Assembly: GCA_963735595.1 (NCBI GenBank)
Contig: CAVTLK010000001.1
Span: 1,013,781 to 1,077,780, forward strand
Reading direction: 5' to 3'
From: an uncultured delta proteobacterium
Lineage (GTDB): Bacteria > Desulfobacterota > Zymogenia > Zymogenales > Zymogenaceae
Length of the DNA stretch: 64,000 nucleotides
The notes beneath the pieces are model-generated. The model ran no database searches. It was not told where the DNA came from and saw nothing but the letters and a program-made list of their open reading frames with translations. Of the stretch, positions 44,134-54,834 are shown piece by piece. Made by a program: the position numbers and the translations under genes. The stretch's first letter is position 1. The number at the start of each line of letters is the position of its first letter.

Positions 44134-44658
44134 TCAAACATATTCCTTCACGTTTTCTGAAAATGATTGCGCATACGCCTTATATTTTTGTAGATTTATT
44201 TGATTAAATTGATGTTCCTCGGCGGAGACATGCCTCGTCGCTCTCGCCGGTATCCCCACTGCAACTCTGTTACTTGGAATAACGGTACCCGGCGATACAA
44301 CGGCTCCAGCGGCTACTATAGCGCCCTGCTCTATCACTGCTCCGTCCAGCACCAACGCGCCAATTCCAATAAGGGCTTCTGATTCTATAGTGCAACCGTG
44401 TAACACTGCCCTATGACCTACAATTACATCAGAACCTATAGTGAGAGGGTATTTGCCACTGGTCACGTGGAGCATGCACATATCTTGAATATTGGTTCGA
44501 GCGCCAATGGTAACTGAGTTGACGTCACCTCGCGCAACGGTATTAAACCAGATATTTACTTCATCCTCCAAAGTGATATCGCCAAGTAATATAGCTCCTG
44601 GAGCAATAAATACGTTTTTTCCTAACCTCGGTCGTTTTCCTCTAAATTCATAGATCAT
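44134..44658 (-). CDS. Gamma-class carbonic anhydrase family (YrdA/CaiE-like) protein
   Basis: RGDVN, TNIQD..MLH, VGHRAVLHGC, hexapeptide repeats. Confidence 0.92.
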   Translation of the reverse strand: MIYEFRGKRPRLGKNVFIAPGAILLGDITLEDEVNIWFNTVARGDVNSVTIGARTNIQDMCMLHVTSGKYPLTIGSDVIVGHRAVLHGCTIESEALIGIGALVLDGAVIEQGAIVAAGAVVSPGTVIPSNRVAVGIPARATRHVSAEEHQFNQINLQKYKAYAQSFSENVKEYV

Positions 44659-44667
44659 GGTGTTTTC

Positions 44668-45891
44668 TTATGAGTGAGCAAGGTCATTTCCTTGATTTGT
44701 GATGGCATTGAATAGACCGGCCGATAATACCCGGGTTCGCTGTGGATTAAATGAATCGTCGGCTTTCTTGATCTCTTCAAATGAAACTACTTTTTTAAAG
44801 GGCCTGTACCAATGAAAGCGTATTACAAGGATCTTTCCTGCCTTTGTCCCTGAACTCATTGCATGGTCCATTACATCGGCTGGATCGAAAAAGGACATGT
44901 CATCTATATGATTGAATAGATTTTTGGGTTCATCAAGATAATAGTCTTCGACTCGTCCAGCACCTACAGCTCCGATTCGATTTATATAAAACAAAAGGGG
45001 GAGCCCTTTCCTCATGGAGTTCAGAACGGCAGGTAAGCTGAAAGCAAGATTGTTTGGATAAATGGTTCGGCTTCTATAAGTTTCAGGATCAAACAACGTG
45101 CTTTGAGCAGTCTGGCCATTTGGTAGGTCAATTAACGTCTCGGCGCGCTTTCGTTCCAGAGGCAAGAGCAAAGGTTTTTCGCCTGATACTCGAATTTGGA
45201 GTGGATAAAAAAGCGTTTCGAGTTCATGCATTTCAGAACCCTGGCAGGAGGGTGAATAATAATATCGGGTCCACTCCGCGTTATTCGATGCCAGGGACTG
45301 AATATAAAAGGGAGCCGATACTCTTGTTTTAATCTAAAACCGAATCCGTCTTCTTCAGCCCTGATTTCGTATCCCAGCGACGATAAAAATTCTCTTAAGA
45401 AATCTATTACTTTGGAATATTGAATTGTCTTATAGAGGAAATGTTTGCAAAGGTGAACTCGTGGTATTTGCTTAGGACCACAACAAGATGAGATGCCTTC
45501 GAACATGAACCCACTGGTTTTCAGTGGCGCCATCAGAAGATGCGGAAAGTGCCTCGGGTATGCGCACCGTAGCTTTTGATATGCCAAGTTCGCTCCATTC
45601 CAGGATAATTTCTTTAATGAATCTTTGTTGCTCAGGCGGATCAGTCAGTTTCCGATCGAAGCCAAAGGCGAGAATTCTAACTTCATCGCACAGGTCACGC
45701 ATCCAAAAGATAATTGCTCGAATCTTTTTATCAAATTCCATAACGCGCGAGCGAACTGTGGATGTGTCCGCTTGCTGGGGATTGATCCAGTTTAGAATAG
45801 ACGGATCTTCTTCTAACCACACTTTTAAAATATGTTTAATACCGGGAATGTCTTTCGCAGTTGCCGATCTAAGAATTATCTTATTATGCAT
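44668..45891 (-). CDS. Hypothetical protein with a GNAT-like N-terminus and a PUA/EVE/ASCH-like C-terminus; two frameshifts
   Basis: Three overlapping ORFs; ILRSATAKDIPGI...GFMFEG; ELETLFYP...PLLFY...GAVGAGRV...IRFHWYRPF..VVSFEEI. Confidence 0.55.
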
Positions 45892-46229
45892 GATAAACTC
45901 GATAAGCGGATTTTAAGAGCGGTGACGAAAAATATCCGGAAGCTCCGGATAACGCGAGAATGAAACGGGAAATCGACGTTAACACATTAGAAACAGAATG
46001 AGCAATCCAAATCACTAATTGTCAGCTAATCACTGATCCTGAATTTCATAATTATGAACCACTTTGCTCAAAAATCCATCAGGCCATTATTCAATGTAAC
46101 CATTGTAATTATATCAGATTCGAATAGCAGGATGGAATATATGGCAGTACAAATACCTTTATTTTGTTAACAGTTTTTACGATTCAATATAGAATTCTTT
46201 TTCCACTCCGATTCGTTAGGTGAAAAAAC

Positions 46230-47078
46230 ATGGAATCACCGATGGTCATTTTAGGTGCTGCCGGAATGCTTGGCCAAGATCTCAGGTTGTTGCTCGAAAG
46301 AGAAGGACATAGTTTCCAGGCATTTAGCAAGACCGAACTGGATATCACGAGTTTAGCTGATTTGAATACTGTTTTCCATCGTACCCGACCGAAATTCATC
46401 GTCAATTGTGCAGCCTTTACCAACGTTGATGCCTGCGAGACCGAAGTACAAAAAGCCTTCTTGATAAACAGTATTGGAGCAGCCAATGTGGCTATTGCTG
46501 CTAAAAAAGCAAATGCGCACCTGGTCCATTTAAGTACGGATTATGTTTTCGACGGAACGAAAGGGACGCCCTATTCAGAAGAAGACGAGATCAATCCGCT
46601 CGGAGTATACGGCAAATCTAAGGCTCAAGGGGAGCTAAATATAATTGAGACTGGCTGCCGATTCAGCATTATACGAACTCAATGGCTTTTTGGGCTCCAC
46701 GGCAAGAACTTCGTGGAAACAATGTTGGGATTGATGGAGAAGCAGACCCGCTTAGCGATTGTTCATGATCAAGTGGGAAGTCCGACGTATACAGTTGATC
46801 TAGCACAAGCTTTACTACGTCTCATAGATTTGGGATTAGAAGGCATTTTTCATGTTACAAATTCAGAAGTCGCTAGCTGGTGGTCGTTTGCGAGGGCCAT
46901 TGCTGAAAAAAAAGCCATTACCGAGGTACAGATCGACCCTATTCCGTCCTGCGAACTGAAACGACCTGCTCCTCGCCCACTATATTCTGTTTTAGATAAT
47001 ACAAAGTTCAAGCGATTAGCTAACATGAATTTACGGCCTTGGTCCGATGCTCTTGATTCGTCCATTGGCTTTGCGTGA
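46230..47078 (+). CDS. rfbD: dTDP-4-dehydrorhamnose reductase
   Basis: GAAGMLG, NCAAFTNVD, STDYVFDG, YGKSK, DQVGSPT, RPAPRP.YS. Confidence 0.93.
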   Translation: MESPMVILGAAGMLGQDLRLLLEREGHSFQAFSKTELDITSLADLNTVFHRTRPKFIVNCAAFTNVDACETEVQKAFLINSIGAANVAIAAKKANAHLVHLSTDYVFDGTKGTPYSEEDEINPLGVYGKSKAQGELNIIETGCRFSIIRTQWLFGLHGKNFVETMLGLMEKQTRLAIVHDQVGSPTYTVDLAQALLRLIDLGLEGIFHVTNSEVASWWSFARAIAEKKAITEVQIDPIPSCELKRPAPRPLYSVLDNTKFKRLANMNLRPWSDALDSSIGFA

Positions 47079-47158
47079 TAACAAGGAATAATCATTACGA
47101 TGATTGTCGTCAATCGTTTGTTTTTTAATAAAGGTGTATTTTCTAAGGAGCTCCAATA

Positions 47159-48425
47159 ATGGGAATGACCATTACAGAAAAAATTTTAGCTTACCATTCT
47201 GACCACGAGAAAGTGTCAGCTCATCAGTTAATTCAAGCAAGAGTCGATATCGCGTTAGCCAATGACATAACACTTCCTCTTGCTTTAAAACCGTTTAAAG
47301 AAGCGGGCGGAACTAAGGTCTTTGATCGTGAGCCGCGTCGTCATTGTTCTTGATCATTTCAATCCGGCAAAAGACATTGATTCAGCCGAAATGATGAAGA
47401 AGGCTCGAGAATTTGCAGCAGAAATGAATATAAAGCATTTTTATGATGTTGGGACCATGGGTATCAAACATGTGCTGCTTCCTGAAAAGGGAATCGTTGT
47501 TTCGGGAGATGTGGTAATTGGAGCTGATAGCCACACCTGTACCTATGGTGCTCTGGCAGCATTTTCCACAGGAGTGGGCAGTACGGATTTCGCCGCTGCA
47601 ATGTTAACAGGTCTATGCTGGTTCAAGGTCCCGGAAACGATGAAATTTGTTTTAAGGGGAACTCCTGCTCCGTGGGTATATGGTAAGGATATAATTCTTT
47701 ACATTATTGGTAAAATCGGTGTGGATGGAGCTTTGTACAAGTCTATGGAGTTTGCTGGAGAAGGCATAGCATCTCTATCTATGTCCGATCGCTTTACGAT
47801 AACCAACATGGCCATTGAAGCTGGTGCAAAAAACGGCATTTTTCCATTCGATGGGAATACGAAACAGTATCTAGATGACCATGCCACCAAAGAGTACAAA
47901 GTATTCGCTTCCGACCATGATGCTGAATACTGCGACGAGATTATTGTTGATCTGTCTTCCCTTGAGCCTGTTGTTGCAATGCCTTTTTTGCCGGAAAATG
48001 TGCGTCCCGTATCAGAAGTAAAAGGAACGAAAATCGATCAGGTGGTCATAGGAAGCTGTACGAACGGCCGCATCGAAGATTTAAGGATTGCGGCTCAAGT
48101 CCTTAAGAATCAAAAACTCGCTCCCGGCGTACACCTCATTGTTATTCCAGCAACCCAAGCTGTGATGTTGGAAGCAATGCAAGAAGGTCTTATTGAACAA
48201 TTTATAAAGCTCGGCGCTGCCGTTTCAACGCCAACGTGTGGTCCGTGTTTGGGCGGTCACATGGGAATATTAGCCAAGGGAAGACGCGCCGTATCAACAA
48301 CAAACCGTAACTTTGTGGGCAGGATGGGTCACCCGGAAAGTGAGGTGGTTTTAGCTTCTCCGGCAGTGGCTGCAGCAAGTGCAATTACGGGTTATTTAAC
48401 GAATCCGAAGGACATTGTGAGCTGA
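47159..48425 (+). CDS. leuC: 3-isopropylmalate dehydratase large subunit (LeuC/HacA type); one frameshift near 47330
   Basis: [56 protein letters not shown]. Confidence 0.9.
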
Positions 48426-48717
48426 AATTAGCAATAAGTAAATGGTCAAGCAGTTCAGATTTGTGTTGACAAGAAGACCGTGATCGCACAGTATTGTGTC
48501 TGGACTTATATCCTGAAATAAGACATACAGGAATAAGTATTTGCGGTGACCTGTTGTGCTAGAATGTGTATGAGATCAGGCTTTCCTGGGAAAAAATGTC
48601 TTGACTTCCGAGGATGGTTCTGATAATCAAGATTCGAAGCAGGTATTATTGTCTACAATTCCGAATGCGGTTCCACAGTTGCAAGCTTGTGGGGCCTAAT
48701 AAAAGGAGGATTTGGGT

Positions 48718-49200
48718 ATGGTTAAGAAATCGATCGTTGTGTTCAGTGCGTTGGCTCTGATCATAACCGCGGTGGGTGTCGCTAGCGCTCAGTTCGGAAA
48801 CGGCAGCCCGGTGGTAGCGGGCCTTATGCCGAACACCGGCATGGGTGACATGATCATGATCCCCATGAAGGTGAAGTACACCTTCAATAAGGACACCGCC
48901 AGCACCGCCGGCGGCGACAGCACGCTTCTGCTTGACGGTTGCCCCCAGTATCTCGGCGGTTTTCGTCCTTGGGGCGCATTCAAGAGCACAACCTGCAGAA
49001 TGAAAGTTCAGGTTATCCCCCCGAAGTGCGTGGCTCCCGCTTACGGCGGCCCTGTTGCCTGGGGTGCTCCTCCTGCGCTTCCGCCTAACTCCAAGCTGGT
49101 TAGCAATGCCGAGAAGTTCACGGTTACTTCCCCGGGTTGCAATCCTTGTGCTACCGGCGGCATGAAGTATGAAATGGTGAAGAAACAGGCTGTTAAGTAG
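48718..49200 (+). CDS. Unknown secreted, Cys/Pro-containing protein, probably highly expressed
   Basis: RBS AAAGGAGG; signal peptide ending ASA|Q; strong preference for C-ending codons unlike its neighbours; own terminator. Confidence 0.8.
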   Translation: MVKKSIVVFSALALIITAVGVASAQFGNGSPVVAGLMPNTGMGDMIMIPMKVKYTFNKDTASTAGGDSTLLLDGCPQYLGGFRPWGAFKSTTCRMKVQVIPPKCVAPAYGGPVAWGAPPALPPNSKLVSNAEKFTVTSPGCNPCATGGMKYEMVKKQAVK

Positions 49201-49215
49201 TCTAGGAATTTATAC

Positions 49216-49256
49216 AAACAATAAAAACCAGTCAATCTGACTGGTTTTTATTGTTT
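49216..49256 (+). terminator. Rho-independent terminator, potentially bidirectional
   Basis: Perfect 19-bp inverted repeat AAACAATAAAAACCAGTCA-atc-TGACTGGTTTTTATTGTTT. Confidence 0.85.
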
Positions 49257-49464
49257 CGAATACCTTTGCTTCCACATCCCACTTCATTCAAACATATCAA
49301 TCTAAAATAAATTCCTCGATTATGCCGCCTCTACTTACTCTACCTCCCCCTCTCAAACATATTCAACAAGAATATGAGGATTTCAGGCTAATTCATAAAG
49401 CAACATCTCAAGGCAAATCGTTCTACACTAGAATTAAGTGTTGATAATAATGTGCATTCGAGAA

Positions 49465-49497
49465 AAGATTAAAGGAGCCCCTTACAAGAGGCTCCTT
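49465..49497 (-). terminator. Rho-independent terminator with no annotated gene directly upstream
   Basis: Minus-strand RNA AAGGAGCCUCUU-GU-AAGGGGCUCCUU followed by UAAUCUUUU; the stem mismatch becomes a G.U pair only on the minus strand. Confidence 0.65.
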
Positions 49498-49676
49498 CCC
49501 GGTAATACGTGTTTTGAAAGCGAAATGGTATGAAGTCACCGTGCGGGGAACTAAGCTGGTTTAAACTATAATAAGTAACTCAGTGTCAGTTTGGGCAAAA
49601 TGATATTTCATCCTGAGCAAGAAATCCCCTTTGAATGCTGGATAGTCAGCTTGCCCAGGATACTCCTGGGCAAATA

Positions 49677-50108
49677 TTAATGTACTATTTCGATTAATTC
49701 GATTTTAAAGGTAAGGTCTTTCCCTGCGAGAGGATGATTGGCGTCCAATGTAACTGATTCTTCTGATATATCGGATATTACAACATTTAGGAACTGCCCA
49801 TTTTGAGCTTTCAATTGGAGTTGTTCTCCCACTTCCAAATTTAAATCCTGAGGCAGTCTCGATCGCTCCACTTCAATAATCATTTCGTCACGGCGTTCTC
49901 CGTATGCATCGTTTACGGGAATATTTGCTGTTTTGCTGTCACCCGGACTCATTCCAGTTACAGCGTTCTCGAATCCAGGAATAACCTGTCCTTCACCCAG
50001 TGTAAATTGAAGTGGGGTTTCATCCACCGAGGTATCGAAAACGGAACCATCTGAAAGGGTTCCGGTATAGTGTACCCTTACTGTATCACCTGATTTTGCT
50101 TGTATCAT
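49677..50108 (-). CDS. slyD: FKBP-type peptidyl-prolyl isomerase (short SlyD/FkpB type, no His-rich tail)
   Basis: VHYTGTL.DG.VFDTS, IPGFE, YGER, LDANHPLAGKDLTF. Confidence 0.9.
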   Translation of the reverse strand: MIQAKSGDTVRVHYTGTLSDGSVFDTSVDETPLQFTLGEGQVIPGFENAVTGMSPGDSKTANIPVNDAYGERRDEMIIEVERSRLPQDLNLEVGEQLQLKAQNGQFLNVVISDISEESVTLDANHPLAGKDLTFKIELIEIVH

Positions 50109-50228
50109 CTAAAACTCCCTTCATTGAACAACTTATGATTACAATAACACCTTTATTTAATATATGCCAGTTTAGCCGACCTGCCGTTGTTTTGCTCGGT
50201 ATCTGATATTCAATGGAACCATTTAAAG

Positions 50229-52308
50229 TTATTGACGTGGAGTTTGGGGATCAATTTCGAGACTTGCTACAATTGAGGCAGGAAACATGAAATGTGTGCA
50301 TTCGCCCTCAATATTGACCTCAGCAAATATTGTTGGGAAGCAGCTATCACTTGAATGTGGAGCTGACTGTACTGCTAAAAGGGTGATATCGTCAGCTTGA
50401 GGGGCTCCTTTACAAAATTCATCAACAGCATTGAGGATATTTTGGGCAATCTGTTTTGCCGTCATTCCGGTCAAACCGAGAGCAGTAGATTTTAACCTCT
50501 CTTCCAAAAAAGCTTCCCCAGCAGTATTAAAAGCCTCGGTGACTCCATCAGTGTAAGCAACAATGGACCAACCACTCTGAAGCGTAATTTTCTCAGTTTG
50601 AAAATCTGCGTCATCGATTATTCCAACGACTGGGCCGCCCGGTCTATTAAGAAATGTTGAATTACGAGGATTGTCGCTGTCCAGCACAAGCAAGGGATTA
50701 TGCCCGCCACTTGCATAATTCATTTCACCTGTGGCTACGTTGAGAATACCTACAAATATGGTAACAAACATGCAGGATTCATTATTCAGAATTAACTGCT
50801 TATTAACGAGTTTTAGAATTTCATCAGGACTGTCCGATTGGGCCATGAAAGCTTTGATGAGATATTTGGTTACTGCCATGTGCAATGCGGCTGGGATTCC
50901 CTTTCCCGAAACATCTCCAATGACAATTGCCAATTTCTGTTCATCCAGCATAAAAAAATCATAAAAATCTCCGCCTACGGTCTTGGCTGGGCGCATGATT
51001 GCAAATATGTCAAAAGCGCTTTGATCCGGAAAAGCTGGAAAATGAGAAGGCAACATATCTCGTTGGATCTGGGCGGCTATGGAAAGTTCACTTTCAATCT
51101 TCTGTTTCGCTGCCGTAGTTTCGGTCAGGTCCTTAATGTAATTCTGAAGATCCAAAGTCATTTTTTCAAATGCTTTGCTAAGCTGTCCTACTTCATCATG
51201 ACTCTTTATCTCAGATAAATCGATACTCAAATCACCGTCCGCTATTTTCTTCGTGGCAGCAGCCATTATTCTCAGAGGTCTGGCAATGGATCGTGCAACG
51301 AGAAAACTCACGATAAGCAATGAGAAGACTCCCATAACTGCCAATACTGAAGTCGTGCTATTTAATTGCTCCAGTTCTGAAAAGAGTTCACGCTTGGAAA
51401 CAACTGCACATAATCTCCAGTCAGTTCGGTTCATTCTTGAAAATGCCAGAAATGACTCCTCTGGCGAGATTACTGTCCTACCAATATCTAAAAAGCCATG
51501 ATCTGTTTCAGTAATTATCTTTGCAATGCGCTCGAATGGCTCATCTTTGGCCTTATTGGCAGAACTGAAAGAGAGATTTTGGCATAACTGGCTTATTATC
51601 CGAATGGGCGATAATTGTCCCGTCAGATTCCACCAGAAATGCAAATCCGGTATTCTTCAATTTCAAAGTAGATAGCATCTTCTCCAGAGAATTGATGGAA
51701 ATATCTACGGTTACGATTCCCTTTAATTTTGACCCAACGATTTCGCCATCTGTTACGAAAAAAAATGGACACGAGTACGTGAGCATCAGTGTGTTTCCGC
51801 CGCCTTCATCAAAATACGGCAATGACCACATAGATTTTTTCTGTTCCGCAGGAACTCGATACCACTCCTTATTTACATAGTCATAAGAACCCGAGCCCAA
51901 TTGCACGAATTTCAATCCATTTTCACCTTTACAATAATAAGGAGCATACCCCTTCAAATCACTTCTAAAAGCAAACGGCTCAAATGCAATAGTAGCTCCA
52001 TATACATTGGGATTTGAACTGACTACGTCACGCAAAAGTTCCGTTAAAGATGTCTTATCCCATTGACCGTATTGGACAGCGTAGGCCAGGTTCTGAGCGA
52101 TATTAGCAGTTCCGGCCAATTCAGAGTCCAGCTGATTTGAAACGAGGATGACCAAACTACTCGCGTTTGTTTCAGCATCTTGGAGAATAATCTGTCTGGA
52201 ATAAGTGGCACTATAGACGAGAATAAAGGCCAAGACTGTTGCTGTACCCAAAAGTACCAGCAGCGTCATTTTCGCAGTAATGCTTGATCTTATTCTATTG
52301 AATACCAT
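50229..52308 (-). CDS. Cache - HAMP - SpoIIE/PP2C (RsbU-like) sensor phosphatase; one frameshift near 51570
   Basis: TM helix; WY...WSLPYFDEGGG...TYSCP...GIVTVDI (dCache); HAMP DEVGQL..AF; VGGDFYD, GDVSGKG, YTDGVTEA, DDIT. Confidence 0.9.
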
Positions 52309-52312
52309 ATAG

Positions 52313-52666
52313 TTATATTCTGGTTAGAGCATCTTGAACGGAATCGTAGGTAGCTATGAGTCGACTAAATTCGGAAACCTCAAATATTTTTTTGACGAGG
52401 GGCTGGAGTCCACAACAATGAGCTTTACCACCCAGTGCTGAGGCCTTTTTTGCCAACATCAATAATGCTCTAAGACCGGCAGTACTGACATAATCAACTT
52501 TTTCCAAATCCACGAGAATCGCCTTTTCCCCACTGGAAAGGATTTCATTAACGCTGGTCTGAAAATCATCAGCCGTATTTGTGTCCAGTCTTCCATTTAC
52601 AGATACAACCAACACATGCTGAAGTTTATTCACGTTGAGCTGCACTATTGCCTCCCATGTTTCCAA
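52313..52666 (-). CDS. STAS-domain anti-sigma-factor antagonist (RsbV/SpoIIAA-like)
   Basis: GRLDT, VDLEKVDYVSTAGLRALL (phospho-acceptor position), KIFEVS. Confidence 0.9.
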   Translation of the reverse strand: METWEAIVQLNVNKLQHVLVVSVNGRLDTNTADDFQTSVNEILSSGEKAILVDLEKVDYVSTAGLRALLMLAKKASALGGKAHCCGLQPLVKKIFEVSEFSRLIATYDSVQDALTRI

Positions 52667-53637
52667 TCATTTCGAATGATAGATAATATTTCTTTTGAAC
52701 GGTCGCTATAAAGAACAATTTCATCGAAGTTGGGGTTATCCTGTATTTTTTGCATGAGGAATCCATCACCATCAAACCACCGCGGCAATGGTCCACCGAA
52801 AAAATACCCACAATCTCTCAACACGTTTACCGAAGCATCTATCGTATTCTTTTCCATATTTAGCCAGACCTGAAAAACTATTATTCCTTCAGCTTTTAGC
52901 TGATTTTCAAGATCTACGATATGCTGATAAAGATCCGTGCCCGCATGAAGTATTGAAATTCGTGCAACTTGCGCAAAAGCAAATGTTTGAACAAAGGATG
53001 CGGTTTTGCCGTCAAGCTTTCCTATCCCGTTCAGAATAGTTCGTGAATCTTGTATTCCAGAATAAATGTAATGGAGTTCGGAAGTATATTTTTCCGGAAA
53101 ATATATGGCGTGAGGTTTCGGTTTATAACATCTAAAACAGAGTAGTGAAGCTACTCTCCCATGAGCGCTTTCTTCTTTAACAAAAGCATCTTGGGGCATG
53201 AGATCTATTTCTATTGCGGTTTCTACGGATTGCATTCTCTCTACTATACGCTGCATATAAATGTGATTGCAGACTGCTTCACCAAATACTTCTTCAACGT
53301 GACTGGCATTTGGAACCCATTCATTATACAAATAATCCATGAGACGAGTGCTCAATTTGTAATTCCGATAATCTTCCAAAACCAGGCCGGAACCGCATTC
53401 ATAAATCCTTGAATAAGGAGCAGACCGGAAAAGATTAACGACGCCTACAATTTTGCCATCTGAAGATTCGGCCACAATAGATAAATAATCCAAATTGCGA
53501 TTCGCGTCCGTTAACGACTGCGGATCATAGAATATTTTGATGGGGTAATTTTCACCATAGGTGGATCGAAATACGTTCCCAATACCTGCAGCATCACCAT
53601 CTTTGAATAACCTAATAGTAAAATCTTGTGTTTTCAT
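52645..53637 (-). CDS. GNAT-like hypothetical protein
   Basis: IRLFKDGDAAGI...YGENYP, GLVLEDYRN (acyl-CoA motif-A-like), GEAVCNH..MQ. Confidence 0.65.
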   Translation of the reverse strand: MKTQDFTIRLFKDGDAAGIGNVFRSTYGENYPIKIFYDPQSLTDANRNLDYLSIVAESSDGKIVGVVNLFRSAPYSRIYECGSGLVLEDYRNYKLSTRLMDYLYNEWVPNASHVEEVFGEAVCNHIYMQRIVERMQSVETAIEIDLMPQDAFVKEESAHGRVASLLCFRCYKPKPHAIYFPEKYTSELHYIYSGIQDSRTILNGIGKLDGKTASFVQTFAFAQVARISILHAGTDLYQHIVDLENQLKAEGIIVFQVWLNMEKNTIDASVNVLRDCGYFFGGPLPRWFDGDGFLMQKIQDNPNFDEIVLYSDRSKEILSIIRNDWKHGRQ

Positions 53638-53645
53638 CTATTTTC

Positions 53646-54834
53646 CTATGAAGTCGGACGTAGTCGGTTGACGGTCAATACCATAATAACCCCACACATG
53701 AGCGTTACAGCACAGATATAATAAAGAACCGAATAACTCCACCTAAGCATTATCGCATTTCCGGCAATTGGTCCTAGAAAAAAGCCCATTTGGAACATCT
53801 GCATTGCCAAATTAGAATTCAGAGGACGAAATTCAGGGGCGGAAATATCAAACATAATTCCATTCAACAGCGGCATGGCAACACCCCATCCGAGGCCAAG
53901 TATTCCACCAATGATATAGAAAGTAATTACACCTTGTACATGAGCCAAAGCTATGTAACCGAAAACGAGAACCATTAGAGAGCCGATCAGCATTACCGAT
54001 TTATTGCCCTTATCAAACAATGGAGCACAGATAATGCGAACAGCTACTTCTGAAATAGTTGAGAAAGTAAAGAATAGACCTGCATTGGGTATATGTAAAT
54101 CAGATCCTTGTTTTGCAATGAAATAGAATACCGGCGTGAATGTTGTCCACAAAATGAGACCGACTAATAAAATCAATATAACAGAATAATTCGCAATATT
54201 CTTTGTAAATTCTTTAGTATTAAATCCGCTTCGCGTTGCTGTTCTCTTATTATTAGGTTTTATCAACAATAGCAGTGGAAAATTCAGCGCCATAACTATT
54301 GCCGAAATATTCAATACGGCTAGGAAGCCACCCAGCCAATTGATAAGTGGATTTAGGATCGGAGGGACTATTGCAAACGGGAGGACAGTTATGATGGATA
54401 TCAATCCAAATGCTTGTCCACTTTTATTCTCAGGAATTGCGCTGACGAGCTTAGTTAAAACTGCGGTTGCCAGGACAACGTATGTAACACCATGCGTGAA
54501 CCTTACCACTGACATTGAAATAATGCCAAAAGCATAATTGTAAGATATAAGGGTAACAATAACGGCTATACAGGAAAAAAAGATCCATTTTCGTGCATTG
54601 TCTACGCCCATGAAAGGACTAATGATAGGTCTGAGAATAAGAAACAGAAAGGGAAAAAATCCCTATTATGAATCCTATGCTCCCATCAGGTATGTTGAGG
54701 GTGTCTAAATAATTCTGAAATTCAAAAAAAACCGCAATATTGCAGTACGTTAAAAACATAATAAAGTTAAGTGCAAGAAAATCAGCAGTAAAAAGAGCAC
54801 TTAATTCTTTTGCAGGTTCAAATTGTTGTTTCAT
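53646..54834 (-). CDS. MFS transporter; one frameshift near 54630
   Basis: About twelve hydrophobic segments across two ORFs; LFTADFLALN start, IPENKSGQAFG. Confidence 0.82.
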
